The notes beneath the pieces are model-generated. The model had not been told where the DNA came from and searched no databases. It saw nothing but the letters and a program-made list of their open reading frames with translations. Below, in pieces: positions 1 through 12,539 of a DNA stretch of 64,000 nucleotides. Positions within the stretch are counted from its first letter, which is position 1, and each line of letters starts with the position of its first letter. The DNA is from Octopus vulgaris. Its lineage: Eukaryota. The stretch spans positions 110,608,001 through 110,672,000 of the forward strand of contig OX597821.1 of assembly GCA_951406725.2 (NCBI GenBank), given 5' to 3'. Made by a program: the position numbers and the translations under genes.

Positions 1-490
1 GTCAAAGTTAAAACTCTATGGTTTCCGTTTGCTTTGCTATATCTGAGGAATACAAAAATCTTTTCATTGCGACAAATTCGGGACAGAAATAATCAGTTTA
101 ATCTTAGTCGATAATAAATACTAACAATAGTTATGTCACTGATTCAGTCAAAATATACAATCCACTTTGCATCGGGGGCAAAAATACAATACCATTACGC
201 ATTAAATAACACTGAGTAAGAACTGTTAGATCACATCCTGGTGCAGACATCGGAATCAATTTTCATTGAATATTTTTGGTAGAAATCACAAACATGACAT
301 ACCAATTAATATGGCGTAGTAGTTGGCAGCAGACGACTGTAAGAGAGTTGGAAATAAACAACCGGACATAATCGACAAACCAATACACAGTGAACAATAG
401 AAAGAAAACCGGTCAGTTGATTGGTTAATCGGAATAATTGACAAAGGACGGAATTTGACGGTTTCAATATCTGAATTAATCACCTAGTAC

Positions 491-552
491 ATGTATGTAT
501 GTATGTATGTATGTATGTATGTATGTATGTATGTATGTATGTATGTATGTAT
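491..552. repeat. (TATG)n microsatellite
   Basis: Direct tandem ATGT repeats. Confidence 0.95.
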
Positions 553-744
553 ACGCGCACACACATATAGATATATAGATATATATACATGTATTTGTAA
601 ATGTGCATATATATATATATATATATTTATATACATACGCACACATATATGTACATGCATGTATGTATATATAAATATATATATATATATGTATGTATGT
701 ATGTAGGGGATTAATTCAGAATATCAATATAAACATACATATAT

Positions 745-906
745 ATGACGGGCTTCTTTCAGTTTCCGTCTACCAAATTCACTCACAAGTCTTTAGTCGG
801 CCCGAAGCTATAGTAGAAGACACTTGCCCAAGATGCCACGCAACGGGAATGAACCCGGAACCATGTGGTTGGCAAGCAAGCTACTTACCACACAGCCACT
901 TCTGCG

Positions 907-908
<2 letters not shown>
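745..908 (-). mobile_element. tRNA-derived SINE, family B (head and core)
   Basis: Reverse complement matches the copy at 37338 (GGCGTAGGAGTGGCTGTGTGGTAAG...CCTTGGGCAAGTGTCTTCT...GTAGACGGAAACTGAAAGAAGCCCGTC). Confidence 0.85.
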
Positions 909-980
<72 letters not shown>

Positions 981-1039
981 CATATACATATAAACATATA
1001 TACATATATACACACACACACATATATATATATATACGG

Positions 1040-2428
1040 TATAAAGGAGATAATCAAACAAGCTGGGTATGACTAAATAAACATTAGTTTAGAAGGAATA
1101 GAATGTGGTTAGGTTTTACTTTATATTTTTTTCAATGAGGTGAGTTTCCTTGTTTAAAAATGTTAGAAATGGTTAAGTTTTGGCTTATATTTTTCAATGA
1201 AGAAGGTTTCCTTATTTAATCTAACTTGTGTTGGTGTTCAAATAACACATTGATAGAATGGAAAGATTATAAATTGTGGTAGTACGTGCTTTGCGCATTT
1301 CTCAATATGTTCACTAAAGGGTATCATTCTGTATTCTGGGAATGCAATCTGTTGTCGATGCAGAGTGCATCTGCGTCTGAGTGATAATCCCGTGGACCCT
1401 ATGTAGATTTGGTGGCAGTCCGAGCATCTTATGACATAAATTAGGTTTTCTGAAGCACAAGTAAAATTAAATTTGATCTTGAATTTTTGTCCCTCTTTGA
1501 AGAGGAATTCTAATCCTTCTAGAAGGTTTGGGCATGTTGCGCAGTTTGGTCTACCACATTTTTTTACTTTTGCATCCGTTATTTCAGAAAATAATTTTGC
1601 TTTTGAGAGCATCTTTTTTAATGATTTAGGTTGTTTGTAGCTTTTAATGATTTTTTGTATATTTAAAATTTCCTTTAATTTGGGGTCGTTATGAAGCATT
1701 GGTAAATTCTGGGTGATGATGGTGAAGGCTTCTTTGTTTCTGGGGTTGTCTGTGGATATGTAAGGCAGTATTTTCGGAGAAGGTGTGTTGTTGTGTTGAA
1801 CTTTTCTTAAAGTTTCTATGTCGATTTCTGTTGCACGCCTGATTCCATCCTCTATGAGTTGAACTGGGTAGTGTCTGTCAATTAGGGTGTTTTTGTGTTC
1901 TTGTAGTCTGAAGTTTCTGGTATTTTGTTCTGACACTATTGTGCATATCCTTCTTGCAAGGTTGAAAGGGATGTTTGTTTTATGTGTCTTGGGTGGCATG
2001 AATCAAAAAGTAGATATTGTTTGGCGTCTGTGGTTTTGTAAAATATGTCCGTTTCTATTTTTAGGTTTATTTTCTTGATTAGTATATCTAAGAATGGAAG
2101 CTCCTTTTGGTTGTACTCCATTGTGAACTGTATGTTTGGGTTGTCGCTAGTCAATAGGCTTTTGAATTTTAAGAGTTTATCTGTGTTTTCATTCCAGTGT
2201 ATAAAACAGTCGTCTTGAAATCTTTTCAAATTCTCTTTTATGTATTGGGAAAGGGAGTTTCCAAAGGTAGATAAATATTCCTGGTATATTATTACCTCCA
2301 GGTAGCCCATTGTTAGGTTCGCAATGACGGGTGCTGCCCTAGTACCCATAGCAATTCCGCATTTTTGACGGTAAAACGTATTGTCAAACATGAAGTGGTT
2401 ATTTTGAAAGATTAATTCACCCGATTTA

Positions 2429-2430
<2 letters not shown>
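1040..2430 (-). mobile_element. 5'-truncated Penelope-like retroelement (Neptune-like): RT C-terminal half plus GIY-YIG endonuclease, frameshifted
   Basis: ORF 1936-2391 has YRQKCGIAMGTRAAP, RFQDDCF, LPFLDILI and DIFYKTTD..YL..SCHP. Overlapping ORF 1238-1999 has NIPFNLARRI, a Cys-rich CGRPNCATC linker and NLIYVIRC..C..IYIGSTG..RR...H. Flanked by (TA)n. Confidence 0.92.
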
Positions 2431-2468
<38 letters not shown>

Positions 2469-2470
<2 letters not shown>

Positions 2471-2607
2471 GTGTCGAAACGTTAAATATTCTTTCCTTCC
2501 TTTCCTGAGCGTCTGACAATACAGTACTTGTACCACGTCCTCGAGTTATTGTATTATTATCAGACGCTCAGGAAAGGAAGGAAAGAAAATTTAACGTTTC
2601 GACACAG
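2469..2607. repeat. 48-bp inverted repeat (fold-back of a PLE pLTR tail) in (TA)n
   Basis: 2469-2516 is the reverse complement of 2560-2607 (1 mismatch). The arm TCGAAACGTTAAA...TTCCTGAGC resembles the pLTR just after the HHR at 19237-19272. Confidence 0.85.
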
Positions 2608-3173
2608 ATATATATATATATATTGTTTTGTAATGAATTATTCGCTCATAAAGCTTGTAAATTTTGTTTATAATGAGGTTAAACCTCTTCAACTATATTT
2701 ACAAGTTGTTTTACTGCTTCTTTTTAAATATTTGCGAAATCATTTATATTATTTTATTGCAAATTGCGGAAATTCAAGTAGCATCTGTTTTACTAAATGT
2801 TAATTTTTTTTAATCGTTTCAAAATTCCTATCTCGTTAATTTATCTTACATTTTGGTCTACAGGCTTCTATCGAAAGAATGCAGCCATGCTGGAGCAAAA
2901 ACACACATCTATACACACACATATATATAGGGAGAGAGAAAGAGATAGATAAAAAGGTATACATAGTTATATGCGCCCAAATCTTTACCCGACGCGAGCA
3001 ATGTTAAAATGTCACTGAAGCAAGGTACCACGTTATTTAACAAATTCGGAACAGAGCAATTTAGAAACGAACTTCCTAAGAACACACCAAAATCTGCGCA
3101 CATGTATGTGCGTGTATGTATGTGTGCGTGTGTGTTTGTGTTTGTGTTTGTGTTTGTGTTTGTGTGTATTACA

Positions 3174-3558
3174 GTAGTTGTGCGGTAAGATGTTTGCTTC
3201 CCAACTAAATGGTTCTAGGTTCAGTCCCAATGCGTAGCGCCTTGGGCAAGTATCTTCTACAAAAGCCATGTGTCGAGCAAAGCTCTGTGAATGGATTTGG
3301 TAGACGGAAACTGAAAGAAGCCCGTCGTATGCGTATATGTCTTTTTATCTGTGTTTGTACTCCACCAACGCTTGACGACCGGTGTTGGTGTGCTTTCGTC
3401 CCCGCAACTCAGCGCTTCGGCAAACAAAACCGATAAAATAAGTGCCAGGCTTAAAATAATATATTAGTACTGGGATCGATTCATTCGACTGAATATTCTT
3501 GAAGACGCTGCCCCAGTATGGCCACAGTCCAATTACTGAAACAAGTAAATGATAAAAG

Positions 3559-3562
<4 letters not shown>
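3174..3562 (+). mobile_element. tRNA-derived SINE, family B
   Basis: Similar to the 37338-37775 copy, including the GAAACAAGTAAA tail. Confidence 0.8.
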
Positions 3563-3612
<50 letters not shown>

Positions 3613-5022
3613 TGTAGAACGACATGAGCTGTAATATCATATCCCAAAGAAAATTGCCAGAAATACTGTATATTTAAAAATACTGCTAGCTCAGATTATC
3701 GTTTGCGCATCACCATACACCGGCGTTTCGTCCTGGTTTTATGCGCATCTCCTCAGTGATAATCACACCTGCGTATTCAGATCTAAGTCGAAATATTTGT
3801 TCCACTATAGAAAATAGTAATCAAAACGTAGTAGTGGTGGCGCTAATGCATGCAATGTTAATAATAGAAACAGCGATTTATTATTATAATTGTTGCTTTC
3901 AACCCAGACTTATTTGAATGGAGCAGACGACTGATGGAAAAACATCCCAAAACGTGACTTCCTTGACTTTTCGTCAACCAGGAACTACAATGCCCCAGTA
4001 TCATTCTCTTTTTTCTTTAAAACGTTGGTGGGATCTAGGGTGAGATGAAGCTGCTACTTCTAGCAAACTGAACGATCACCTAGATATTCCCCTCACAGGC
4101 TTTCAGTTATGTGGGAATTTATGCGTGGGCGACATATATCCGTTGTTTATTGACGATTGAGGAATGAGAGACAATTGTAATATAATACTGAATTGAAAGC
4201 GGTGTTTACGAAAGTACCGGGTAACTGCTATAAATGATGGAATTATGTCTGTTTCAGGGCGAATGTTTTTCCGTTTCTTTTTTGTATATTTTTGCTTTTG
4301 TTATTATTTTTTGCTGGTTTTGTTTTTTCGACTTTGCTGGAAGATTATGATAGAAAACTAATTCGTAAACTAGATTCTAGCAAACATAGTAAATTTTAAT
4401 TCACCGCTACCGGAAGCAATGTTTTAAAATCATCTCTTACTAGTTTTTTTTTTCTTTTTTTGTATCATGTTTACATTATGAATCATAAGAAAATATATTT
4501 CTCGAAGATAATAACAAGAACACAATTTTAAACACATAAACACAAATTTTGATAACGCTATTTCCGACGCCATAAAAAGTTCTCCAGCAATATGAATTTT
4601 ATTCATTACGGCTGAGAGAAGCGATATTAGTTTAAAATAGCAACCTGTTTACCAAACTTAAAACAGATGCAAGGTTGAAAGCCGAACAAACTCCGGTATT
4701 TTCTCGAGAAAGTATTTCTTATAGACGTATAGTGTTAAAAAAACACAGAAATATATTACTTGTAGACGAAAAAATCGTCTATCAGCAGTGGTTGGTTGCC
4801 AGGGAATATTTGCTACTGACAAAGCCTAAGAAGACAGAAATACACGTGTAGCAATGCTACTGCGGCCGCTGGATGATGTTCGTCTGATGCTGATATATTT
4901 CTGTGCTTTTTAACACTTCATAAGATGGCTTATCGGGGCGAATACCGCAGTTTATACTGTTTTTAAAACATTGAATCTGTTTTTGAGTATGATACACATC
5001 TCAGTATAATTTTTATCCTTGA

Positions 5023-5087
<65 letters not shown>

Positions 5088-5282
5088 TGCCTCCGCGGTC
5101 CTTTTGCTTTTCGTCCTTTCGCAGTCGATAAAATAAGTACCATTTGAATGCTGGAGTCGATGTAATCGACTTACCGTTTCTGCCCTGAAATTCCATTTCT
5201 TTTGCCTATTGTAGAAATCATAATTATTATTATTATCGTTCTTGTTGTTGTTGATGTTGTTATTCTTGTTCATGCTGTTATT

Positions 5283-5500
5283 AAGGCGGTGAGTTGGCAG
5301 AATTGTTAGCACGCCATAAAAAAATGCTTGGCAGCATTTCGTCCGTCGCTACGAACTGAATCTAAATTCCGCCGAGGTCGACTTTACCTTTCATCCTTTC
5401 CTGGTCAATAAAATAAATACCAGTTTAATACTGGGGTCGATATAATAGACTCATCCCCTTCCCCAAAATTTCTGCTCTTGTGTGGCAAAATTTGAAACCA
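5283..5500 (+). mobile_element. tRNA-derived SINE, family A (GCCTTTCATCCTTTCGGGGTCGATAAA core, Meta-domain-like)
   Basis: GGCGGTGAGTTGGCAGAA head and conserved core. A partial copy lies at about 5087-5220. Confidence 0.8.
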
Positions 5501-5514
5501 TTATTATTATTATA

Positions 5515-5547
<33 letters not shown>

Positions 5548-6106
5548 GAGTGAGAGAGCAGTGCATGCCATCAAAGTGACACTGGGGTAAAATATACGAG
5601 CCCCAGTATACCCATCATGACTACCCGTCTAATAAGGATACGCCAGGCACATGCTTCTCAACCGTATGTGCGTGACATGGTGATCTTATATCAAGATAAA
5701 CAGCGCATGACCTAGCAGGCGGGGCCCAGTTAGAATTTTTCTTCTGGTTGAGTACCCATCCCGCTCAAAAGGTCCCTGAATATGAGTTAAGACTATAGAA
5801 CAAAGAACCAATGTTTCCAAAAATGAATTATCCTCTCAACACATGGCTATGATTCTCCCCCGCTACTTCTGCTCATGATCAGAGATGCACATATCGTCAG
5901 TCACTAAGGGACATGCTCAACTGGTTAAAGTCAAACAACTGACAAGCAAATCTGTGGTATTGAGCAGAATATTTGCTGTAGTCCATTTTTTATATCAAGA
6001 CAAAACAATATGCATGGTAACATTTCTAATCAGTTGAGATTAGAAACCATGAGAGCCACTGCCTGGTACTGCGTCAGGGTATGTATTGACGGGTTTCCTC
6101 TGCTTC
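5548..6106. mobile_element. Non-coding interspersed element inserted in (TTA)n, unclassified
   Basis: Unique-looking 560 bp bounded by (TTA)n on both sides, adjacent to the R4/Dong-like fragment. No ORF or terminal repeat seen. Confidence 0.4.
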
Positions 6107-6108
6107 AG

Positions 6109-6584
6109 TATTATTATTATTATCATTATTATTATTATTATTATTCTATGTTTGACTTTTGCTTTATATTTGTATTGGCTCCAAGTCTCACCCAGAGACC
6201 TCAAGAGACAACAGGGTTGGAAGTTCATGTTGTTGTTATGCCTAGTGTGCCATATATTTGGGGGTGGGGATTTGTATTGAATGTCTAAAAAGAAAAAAAA
6301 AAGTTTTTTTTTTTTTTTTTTTTTTAAACCGAAAATTATGTTTGTTTTAAACCTTGAGATTACATAGAGAGTATTTTGCGTAGGATATGAGCAGTTCCCA
6401 TGAGCACTATCTTTTGAACTTCTGCCATTTTTGGGTTTCCTGGTATCTGAGTTAGGTAGCTATCAGCCCCTTTTGCTATCATTCCCAGGGCACCTATGAC
6501 AACAGGTATTGTTTTAGTTTCAGCTTCCACATTTTGCTGATTTCTATTTCAAGATCTTTATATTTGCTCAGTTTTTGGTAGGTC

Positions 6585-6587
<3 letters not shown>
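6109..6587 (-). mobile_element. 3' end of R4/Dong-like non-LTR retrotransposon (restriction-like endonuclease C-terminus) in a (TAA)n target
   Basis: Minus-strand translation KLSKYKDLEIEISKMWKL/KTKTIPVVIGALGMI...QKIVLMGTAHILRKILSM* (stop 6360-6362, one frameshift), then 3'UTR and (TAA)n. TTA repeats on both sides. Confidence 0.8.
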
Positions 6588-6630
<43 letters not shown>

Positions 6631-6991
6631 ACACTATTTTAGTAGACAGCGTTAGACAAAATTTCTCGAACAATTTAAATCCGTTTTGTTTATTTCTATT
6701 TCTGAATTCAATTCCTGCTGCGGTCTACATGGCTTCCTACACTTCCGGGGCCGTAGTCAATGAAATAAAGTATTACAGGAATGTATATATAATAAGCTAT
6801 ATACACTTGCACATTGGAGGAGCTGTACCTGTGTAAGAAATCAATGCTGAACGGAAATATAACTTGGCCCATCCTGTTAGTATTAGTGTATTTAGACGAT
6901 GTGGATGATATCGATCTTAAAAGTAATCAATGTGGAATATACACAGCAGAAAATATTAAAATCCTACACATATATACTGGTGCACACATGA

Positions 6992-7037
<46 letters not shown>

Positions 7038-7225
7038 GTACATGCATATATATATATATATATATATATATTTGCGTTTATATATATATATTGCTTTTAT
7101 ATATATGTATATTTATATATATACGCACACACATACATACATATATATATATATTTGCGTATATATATATATATTTATATTTACATATATATATACATGC
7201 AAATATGTATTTGCATATATATATT

Positions 7226-7309
<84 letters not shown>

Positions 7310-7321
7310 CACACACATATG

Positions 7322-7359
<38 letters not shown>

Positions 7360-7537
7360 CGCATATATATTTACAAATATATATATTTGTGTGTATATAC
7401 ATAATATATAAATATATTTTACATAATATATATGCATAAAAGCTCACATGCACACATTGCGACATTCTAGCACATGTATGCACGCACACACAGATACAAA
7501 GAGAGAGATATATACACACACGTACAGACACGCGCAG

Positions 7538-7568
<31 letters not shown>

Positions 7569-7698
7569 ACCATAATACCCCTAAGAATACACAAACATCA
7601 GTGCATACATATTGACACATATTTACACACAAAATCTCTCGTACTTGCCAAAACACAGTCATACATTTACAAACACACACACATATATATACATACAT

Positions 7699-7742
<44 letters not shown>

Positions 7743-8949
7743 GCATTCATACTAACGCATACATACGCACAAAAGACAGACAAAAACGGAAATACATATA
7801 CACCAGCATATGATACTCATATACACACGCATACTTATATGCACACATACGTATATGCACACACAGACACACACACAAGCACACTTATATAGACACACAT
7901 TAATATACACACATTCATACACACGCTCGCGCATACTCACATACATACACATGCATGCGCACATGCACATACAGACATACACCACACTCACACACACACA
8001 CACAATTGATTCCAGGTGGTTGATGAATGAATGCAGATTTCTGGCATTAAAAATATTTATACAAAACCAATTGTCGTATCGATTATTCGATCTCTCTTTA
8101 TTTATTTATTTTGTTTATTTCGTTTGACCAACAAGATTTTGCCTGCCCAGGTACAATTAATTTATTTTCCTTAATTACAAACAAGCTAATTTATCGATCT
8201 CTAACTTAGGTACAAGGCCATACATTTTGGAAAAAAAATACAATCGATCATTTGGTATTGTAATTTTTCAACATATATATCGCAATTTCGTGAGTAGTTA
8301 TGGTGAGGCTACAGGTTTCAACCTCGACAACCGCTAGAATACTGAATTACTAACAGGGAGAATTTCACGCCACTGCGATCATCAGACGAAGCAGAATTAT
8401 TTTACACTGCCATTGATGTCTTACTAGTAGGTTTAGATAGATGGCAGCTGTGTCAAAATACAGCTAATGTTTAATTGTTTTCATAATTACCATCATAATT
8501 TGGATTGGTGCACAATGCGTTTACTCTCAAAATATTTATCAACTTATAAAGTCTAAGTTCTTTTACTGCCCTCTGTAGACAGTGCAACGGATTGATTCTT
8601 TTGTGCATGGCTATACTTTTCATCAGCCTCTCTCTAAATATTTTCCTTCTAAGCAGTTGTCTACTGCTGCTGTCTTTTCCTTTAGTAATTCTGTGGTTCT
8701 TTAGCTTTCATTGGCCCGTTTCACTATTATATGTTAGATGACATTTGTTTTAAATTCTTGTCTTTTTTCATTATTGCTACAGCCGTTTTTAGCCACTTAA
8801 CAAGCTGACCCAATCTGCTTGCCGATAAAGTAATCATATTCTGTCTTGTTAAATTTTGGGCATTACTCAGCTATTTTGTTAAATTTCTATTAATTTCCAT
8901 GTCTGCTCATGAATGGAGTTGTAATTTATACAGAAGGCACAGGCTAAGT

Positions 8950-9183
8950 ACCTATTTCTTTATTACCCACAAGAGGCTAAACATAGAGGGGACAAACAAC
9001 CACAGACATACGGATTAAGTCGATTACATCGACCCCAGTGCGTAACTGGTACTTAATTTATCGACCCCGAAAGGATGAAAGAAAAAAGTCTACTTCGGCG
9101 GAATTTGAACTCACAACGTAACGGCAGCCGAAATACCGCTAAGCATTTCGCCCGGCATGCTAACGTTTCTGCCAGCTCGCCGT
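8950..9183 (-). mobile_element. tRNA-derived SINE, family A
   Basis: Reverse complement of GGCGAGCTGGCAGAAACGTTAGC...GTTCAAATTCCGCCGA...TTTCATCCTTTCGGGGTCGATAAATTAAGTACCAG. Confidence 0.85.
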
Positions 9184-9320
9184 ACCCCAGAATACGGCAG
9201 AACTGGACCTATCCGGATTGCTGGCTGAACACACACACAAACACACATATATATTTATATATATATATATAAGCTTCCTGAGGCTAATTCAGATGAATCT
9301 CTATAGAACCAACAAGTATT

Positions 9321-9497
9321 GATTTCAAATTTTAGCACAAGGCCAGCAATTTTGGAGAGAGGCTAAATCAATTACATCGACTCCAATTGTCAACTGGTAC
9401 TTATTTTATCAAACCCGAAAGGATGAAAGGCAAAGTCGAACTCAGAGACGAAAGAAATACTGCTCAGCGATAACGATTCTGCCAGCTCACCGCCTTA
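9321..9497 (-). mobile_element. SINE family A inserted into the Naiad-like element, with ~16-bp target-site duplication
   Basis: AGAACCAACAAGTATT (9305-9320) vs AGAACCGATAAGTATT (9498-9513) flank a minus-strand SINE. Removing it rejoins the NKY-YKLFN motif. Confidence 0.8.
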
Positions 9498-10884
9498 AGA
9501 ACCGATAAGTATTATAAGCTTTTCAACCACCACAACATCAAGATCAGTTATTGCTGCTTAGACAGCATGACTTCTAACATCGCACGCTACCATGGATGCA
9601 AACACGCACCTACACAACAGCTGTTACCTACTCCAACCTTTAACTCCGAAATCCTACCAACTGCCCACTGACAGGATCCTGACTCTCAAAGGCTGTAGTT
9701 TATAGATGTACTCAACACCATCCAACAGCACTACAAGACCTTACATGTGTATAACAACCAATGACTCAAGAGGTGGTATAAACAGCTTATGCAGTCTTTC
9801 AGGTGGAAGGATCGCGAAAATTCTACCTTCCTATATCGTCTGATCTAGACATTCTGTAACCAATGGAACGACTTCCTCAATATTGAACGGAGTTTCATTG
9901 ACAGGGCTCCTCTGTACTCGCAATTGCCAAATCTACCTCCTAGAGAGACTACATGCCACAAACCTTTAGTACCCGTCAATACTGTGGCCACCAAAGATAC
10001 ACCTTATTAATGAGCTTCAAGCCACTAGCAGCCGTCAATCGAAATATACTACCTTAGGCCTAGTTCCTCCATACTCAAGGCTATGCTACTTAACCCCTGT
10101 CCCCTGTGTAGACTGCAGCCCCATTCATGCCGACAATCCAAGGTAGAATTACCAAATTTTGACCCAATACCACAAAATCTCGCTACTCCTATTGAATAGT
10201 TTGCACTATTTATTGCTTTGGTCCTTCACTAACCCGCAATAACAACCTGTTCTACCATCAGCAAATGTAACGAACTGATGTCGCTAAATAAACTACACTG
10301 AAGCTTCCAGACATAGCAGCTACAGCTATCTCACTACATCCTTTCCGTCAGAATTAGGTAAAATAATTAATACCGCTCCCAGACCAATAATATCATGTGA
10401 ACCGAGCTGGCCAATAGAGGCCTAACATCTAGAAACTTACTTGACTTTGTCTCATATCCTTTGTCTCATATATGGTATATGAATAGCTATATGGTAATGA
10501 ATAGCTATAACTCTTTGACTGCTATTTCTAAATTCGGTGTGTGGTGAGGCAATTCGTTGCTAAACCCTTAATTACTTAGTATTACTTAAACTTTCCTCGA
10601 ATGAGGCTTTTACATGCCGAAATCTACTTGGTGTAATTAATGATTATTCCAAATTAATTAATTTCACCCTATATTATTACTGATAACCATATTTCATCCC
10701 AGTAAATGACCACAGCATCTTGTCTTGGCTACACGCTGGTGGGAAGGGGTTGGTGACACAAACTTTCATTCACACTTTGAATTTGGTGATACTGGTAACG
10801 GCTTTAGCCCGCTCTGATACTGAGTTGAGATGATGCCTTCTAGTATCTCGAAATTTAATATACAATTATTCATAATTGTAGTGT

Positions 10885-10975
10885 CCTACGCTGATGAGAA
10901 AAGAAGTTGGGTAAGACATAATTATCTAATTCTTATGCTTTCCTAAAACTTAATTTCGAAACGTACGTCCGTAGG
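10885..10975 (+). ncRNA. Type I hammerhead ribozyme with extended stem II
   Basis: Stem I CCTACG/CGTAGG, CTGATGA at 10891-10897, stem II GAAA...TTTC (60 nt), GAAA at 10958-10961, palindromic stem III ACGTACGT, GUC site (cleavage after 10969). Confidence 0.88.
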
Positions 10976-11260
10976 TGACTTAAAATTGTATGATAGATTG
11001 CCGTCATTTCATTCTCTCTTACCTGTCTGTGTTTGCCTTTCAAGTGCTGTGTTTTTACTGAGATCTCCCTTTTAGTAGAAAGAATAGCTATAACTCTTTG
11101 ACTGCTATTTCTAAATTCGGTGTGTGGTGAGGCAATTCGTTACTAAACCCTTAATTACTTAGTATTACTTAAACTTTCCTCGAATGAGGCTTTTACATGC
11201 CGAAATCTACTTGGTGTAATTAATGATTATTCCAAATTAATTAATTTCACCCTATATTAT

Positions 11261-11312
<52 letters not shown>

Positions 11313-11561
11313 TCAAAGCAATTAAGATTCAAGTAACTTCCAATGAATTTACTTGAATGTGGTACTTAACTTAGATGCACCAGAAAAACTATATGGTGTT
11401 ATCCATACAGTAATGTGGGGTGATTATAAACGTGAAAGAAGCAACAAGAATGGATTGGTTTTTAGTACAATTGTTTCATACAAAGACAGGCATTATTACA
11501 AGTTGCAAAAATTGCAGCAGATAAGAAAACAGTTAGAATTTCTTATTCAACCCTCCCAAAT

Positions 11562-12539
11562 ATGTCCACTTTAATAGCTAAGATTAATAATAACAACATT
11601 AAACTAGCCAGGAAAGATGAAAATAAAAATAATAATAACAACAGGAATACCAATAACAATTATAGCAATACTAACAACAATAAACGCAACAATAGTAACT
11701 ATCAAAACACGGATGAAATCAGTAACCACAAAACGACTAATAATAATATTAGCAGTAATAAGAGTAGTAATAATACCGATACTAATAGATGTAAAAATGT
11801 TAATAATAGAAGTAAGGCTAATAGAGAAAACGCGGAGAAGGAAAATATCAATGATATCTATAGTAACAATATACAGTTTGTTAATAATACTAACAATAAT
11901 AGTAACATTACTAATAATGTAAATAATCATGGTAGGACTTTAGACCTAAAAGATGGAGCAATAGGATCATTAAATAATAACAATGCTTTGGATAGCAGCA
12001 CCAACTATAATAATAATAATAATAATAAGGATAATTATACTCATGATAATCATAATAATAAGAACATAAAACATCTACCCATGAATAATCCAACTTCTGA
12101 AGTTGTTCTTCCTACGTGTAAGTGTAGAATTAAGTCAAGATGCCCGGCACCCGGTCTTTGCGGGGAAAATAACGTAATCTATAAATGTACCATATCTACT
12201 GAGAATAACAAATTTTTTTACATTGGGTGCACAATAAATTTTAATAAAAGAGTTAGAAACCACATCTCATCTTTTGGATTACGTCATAAAGCTGGTACCA
12301 CCACACTTTCAAGTAAAATCTGGGAACTCAAAAATAATAACAAGAATTATAATCTTAATTGGGAAATAGTTAGGAGAGCAATACCGTATAAAAATAGCAG
12401 GGTTGGTTGCCAACTCTGCTCAATGGAGACCTATGAAATTCTAAGGCATAGAAAAAATAGAAACTTGTTAAATAACCATATTGAAATAGGACAAGTTTGT
12501 GTCCACGCTAAATTGAAGACCCTAAAATATTTTAAGTGA
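11562..12539 (+). CDS. Naiad-type GIY-YIG endonuclease with Asn-rich linker (PLE-derived, no RT)
   Basis: CKCR...CPAPGLC...VIYKC...FYIGCT.NF.KR..NH..SF...TTLS.KIWELK...NWEI...Y....CQLC..E...LLN...CVH. In-frame upstream KKTVRISYSTLPNM is the thumb/linker motif. Frame is uninterrupted for 325 aa. Confidence 0.8.
   Translation: MSTLIAKINNNNIKLARKDENKNNNNNRNTNNNYSNTNNNKRNNSNYQNTDEISNHKTTNNNISSNKSSNNTDTNRCKNVNNRSKANRENAEKENINDIYSNNIQFVNNTNNNSNITNNVNNHGRTLDLKDGAIGSLNNNNALDSSTNYNNNNNNKDNYTHDNHNNKNIKHLPMNNPTSEVVLPTCKCRIKSRCPAPGLCGENNVIYKCTISTENNKFFYIGCTINFNKRVRNHISSFGLRHKAGTTTLSSKIWELKNNNKNYNLNWEIVRRAIPYKNSRVGCQLCSMETYEILRHRKNRNLLNNHIEIGQVCVHAKLKTLKYFK

Larger units (their letters stand above)
9271..11264 (+). 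mobile_element. Degenerate RT-less Naiad-like PLE (GIY-YIG remnant, long 3' region, HHR-bearing pLTR with terminal direct repeat)
   Basis: Across frameshifts: FLRLIQ..TNKY|YKLFNHHNIKISYCCL, NCPLTGS*LSKAVVYRC, LKRWY..SF...NSTFL..I*..., CQI.LLERL. Direct repeat 10499-10681 = 11082-11264. HHR at 10885-10975. (TA)n flanks. Confidence 0.75.

Noticed and set aside
1-490. Unique AT-rich segment with a 65-aa ORF
   Set aside because: No recognisable motif and truncated by the window edge.
8330-8392. Minus-strand CTGATGA-TCGC..GCGT-GAAA hammerhead core
   Set aside because: I could not form convincing stems I and III. At most a decayed relic.
11353-11574. 73-aa ORF upstream of the GIY-YIG ORF
   Set aside because: Lies in the antisense of the inverted pLTR segment and has no recognisable domain.
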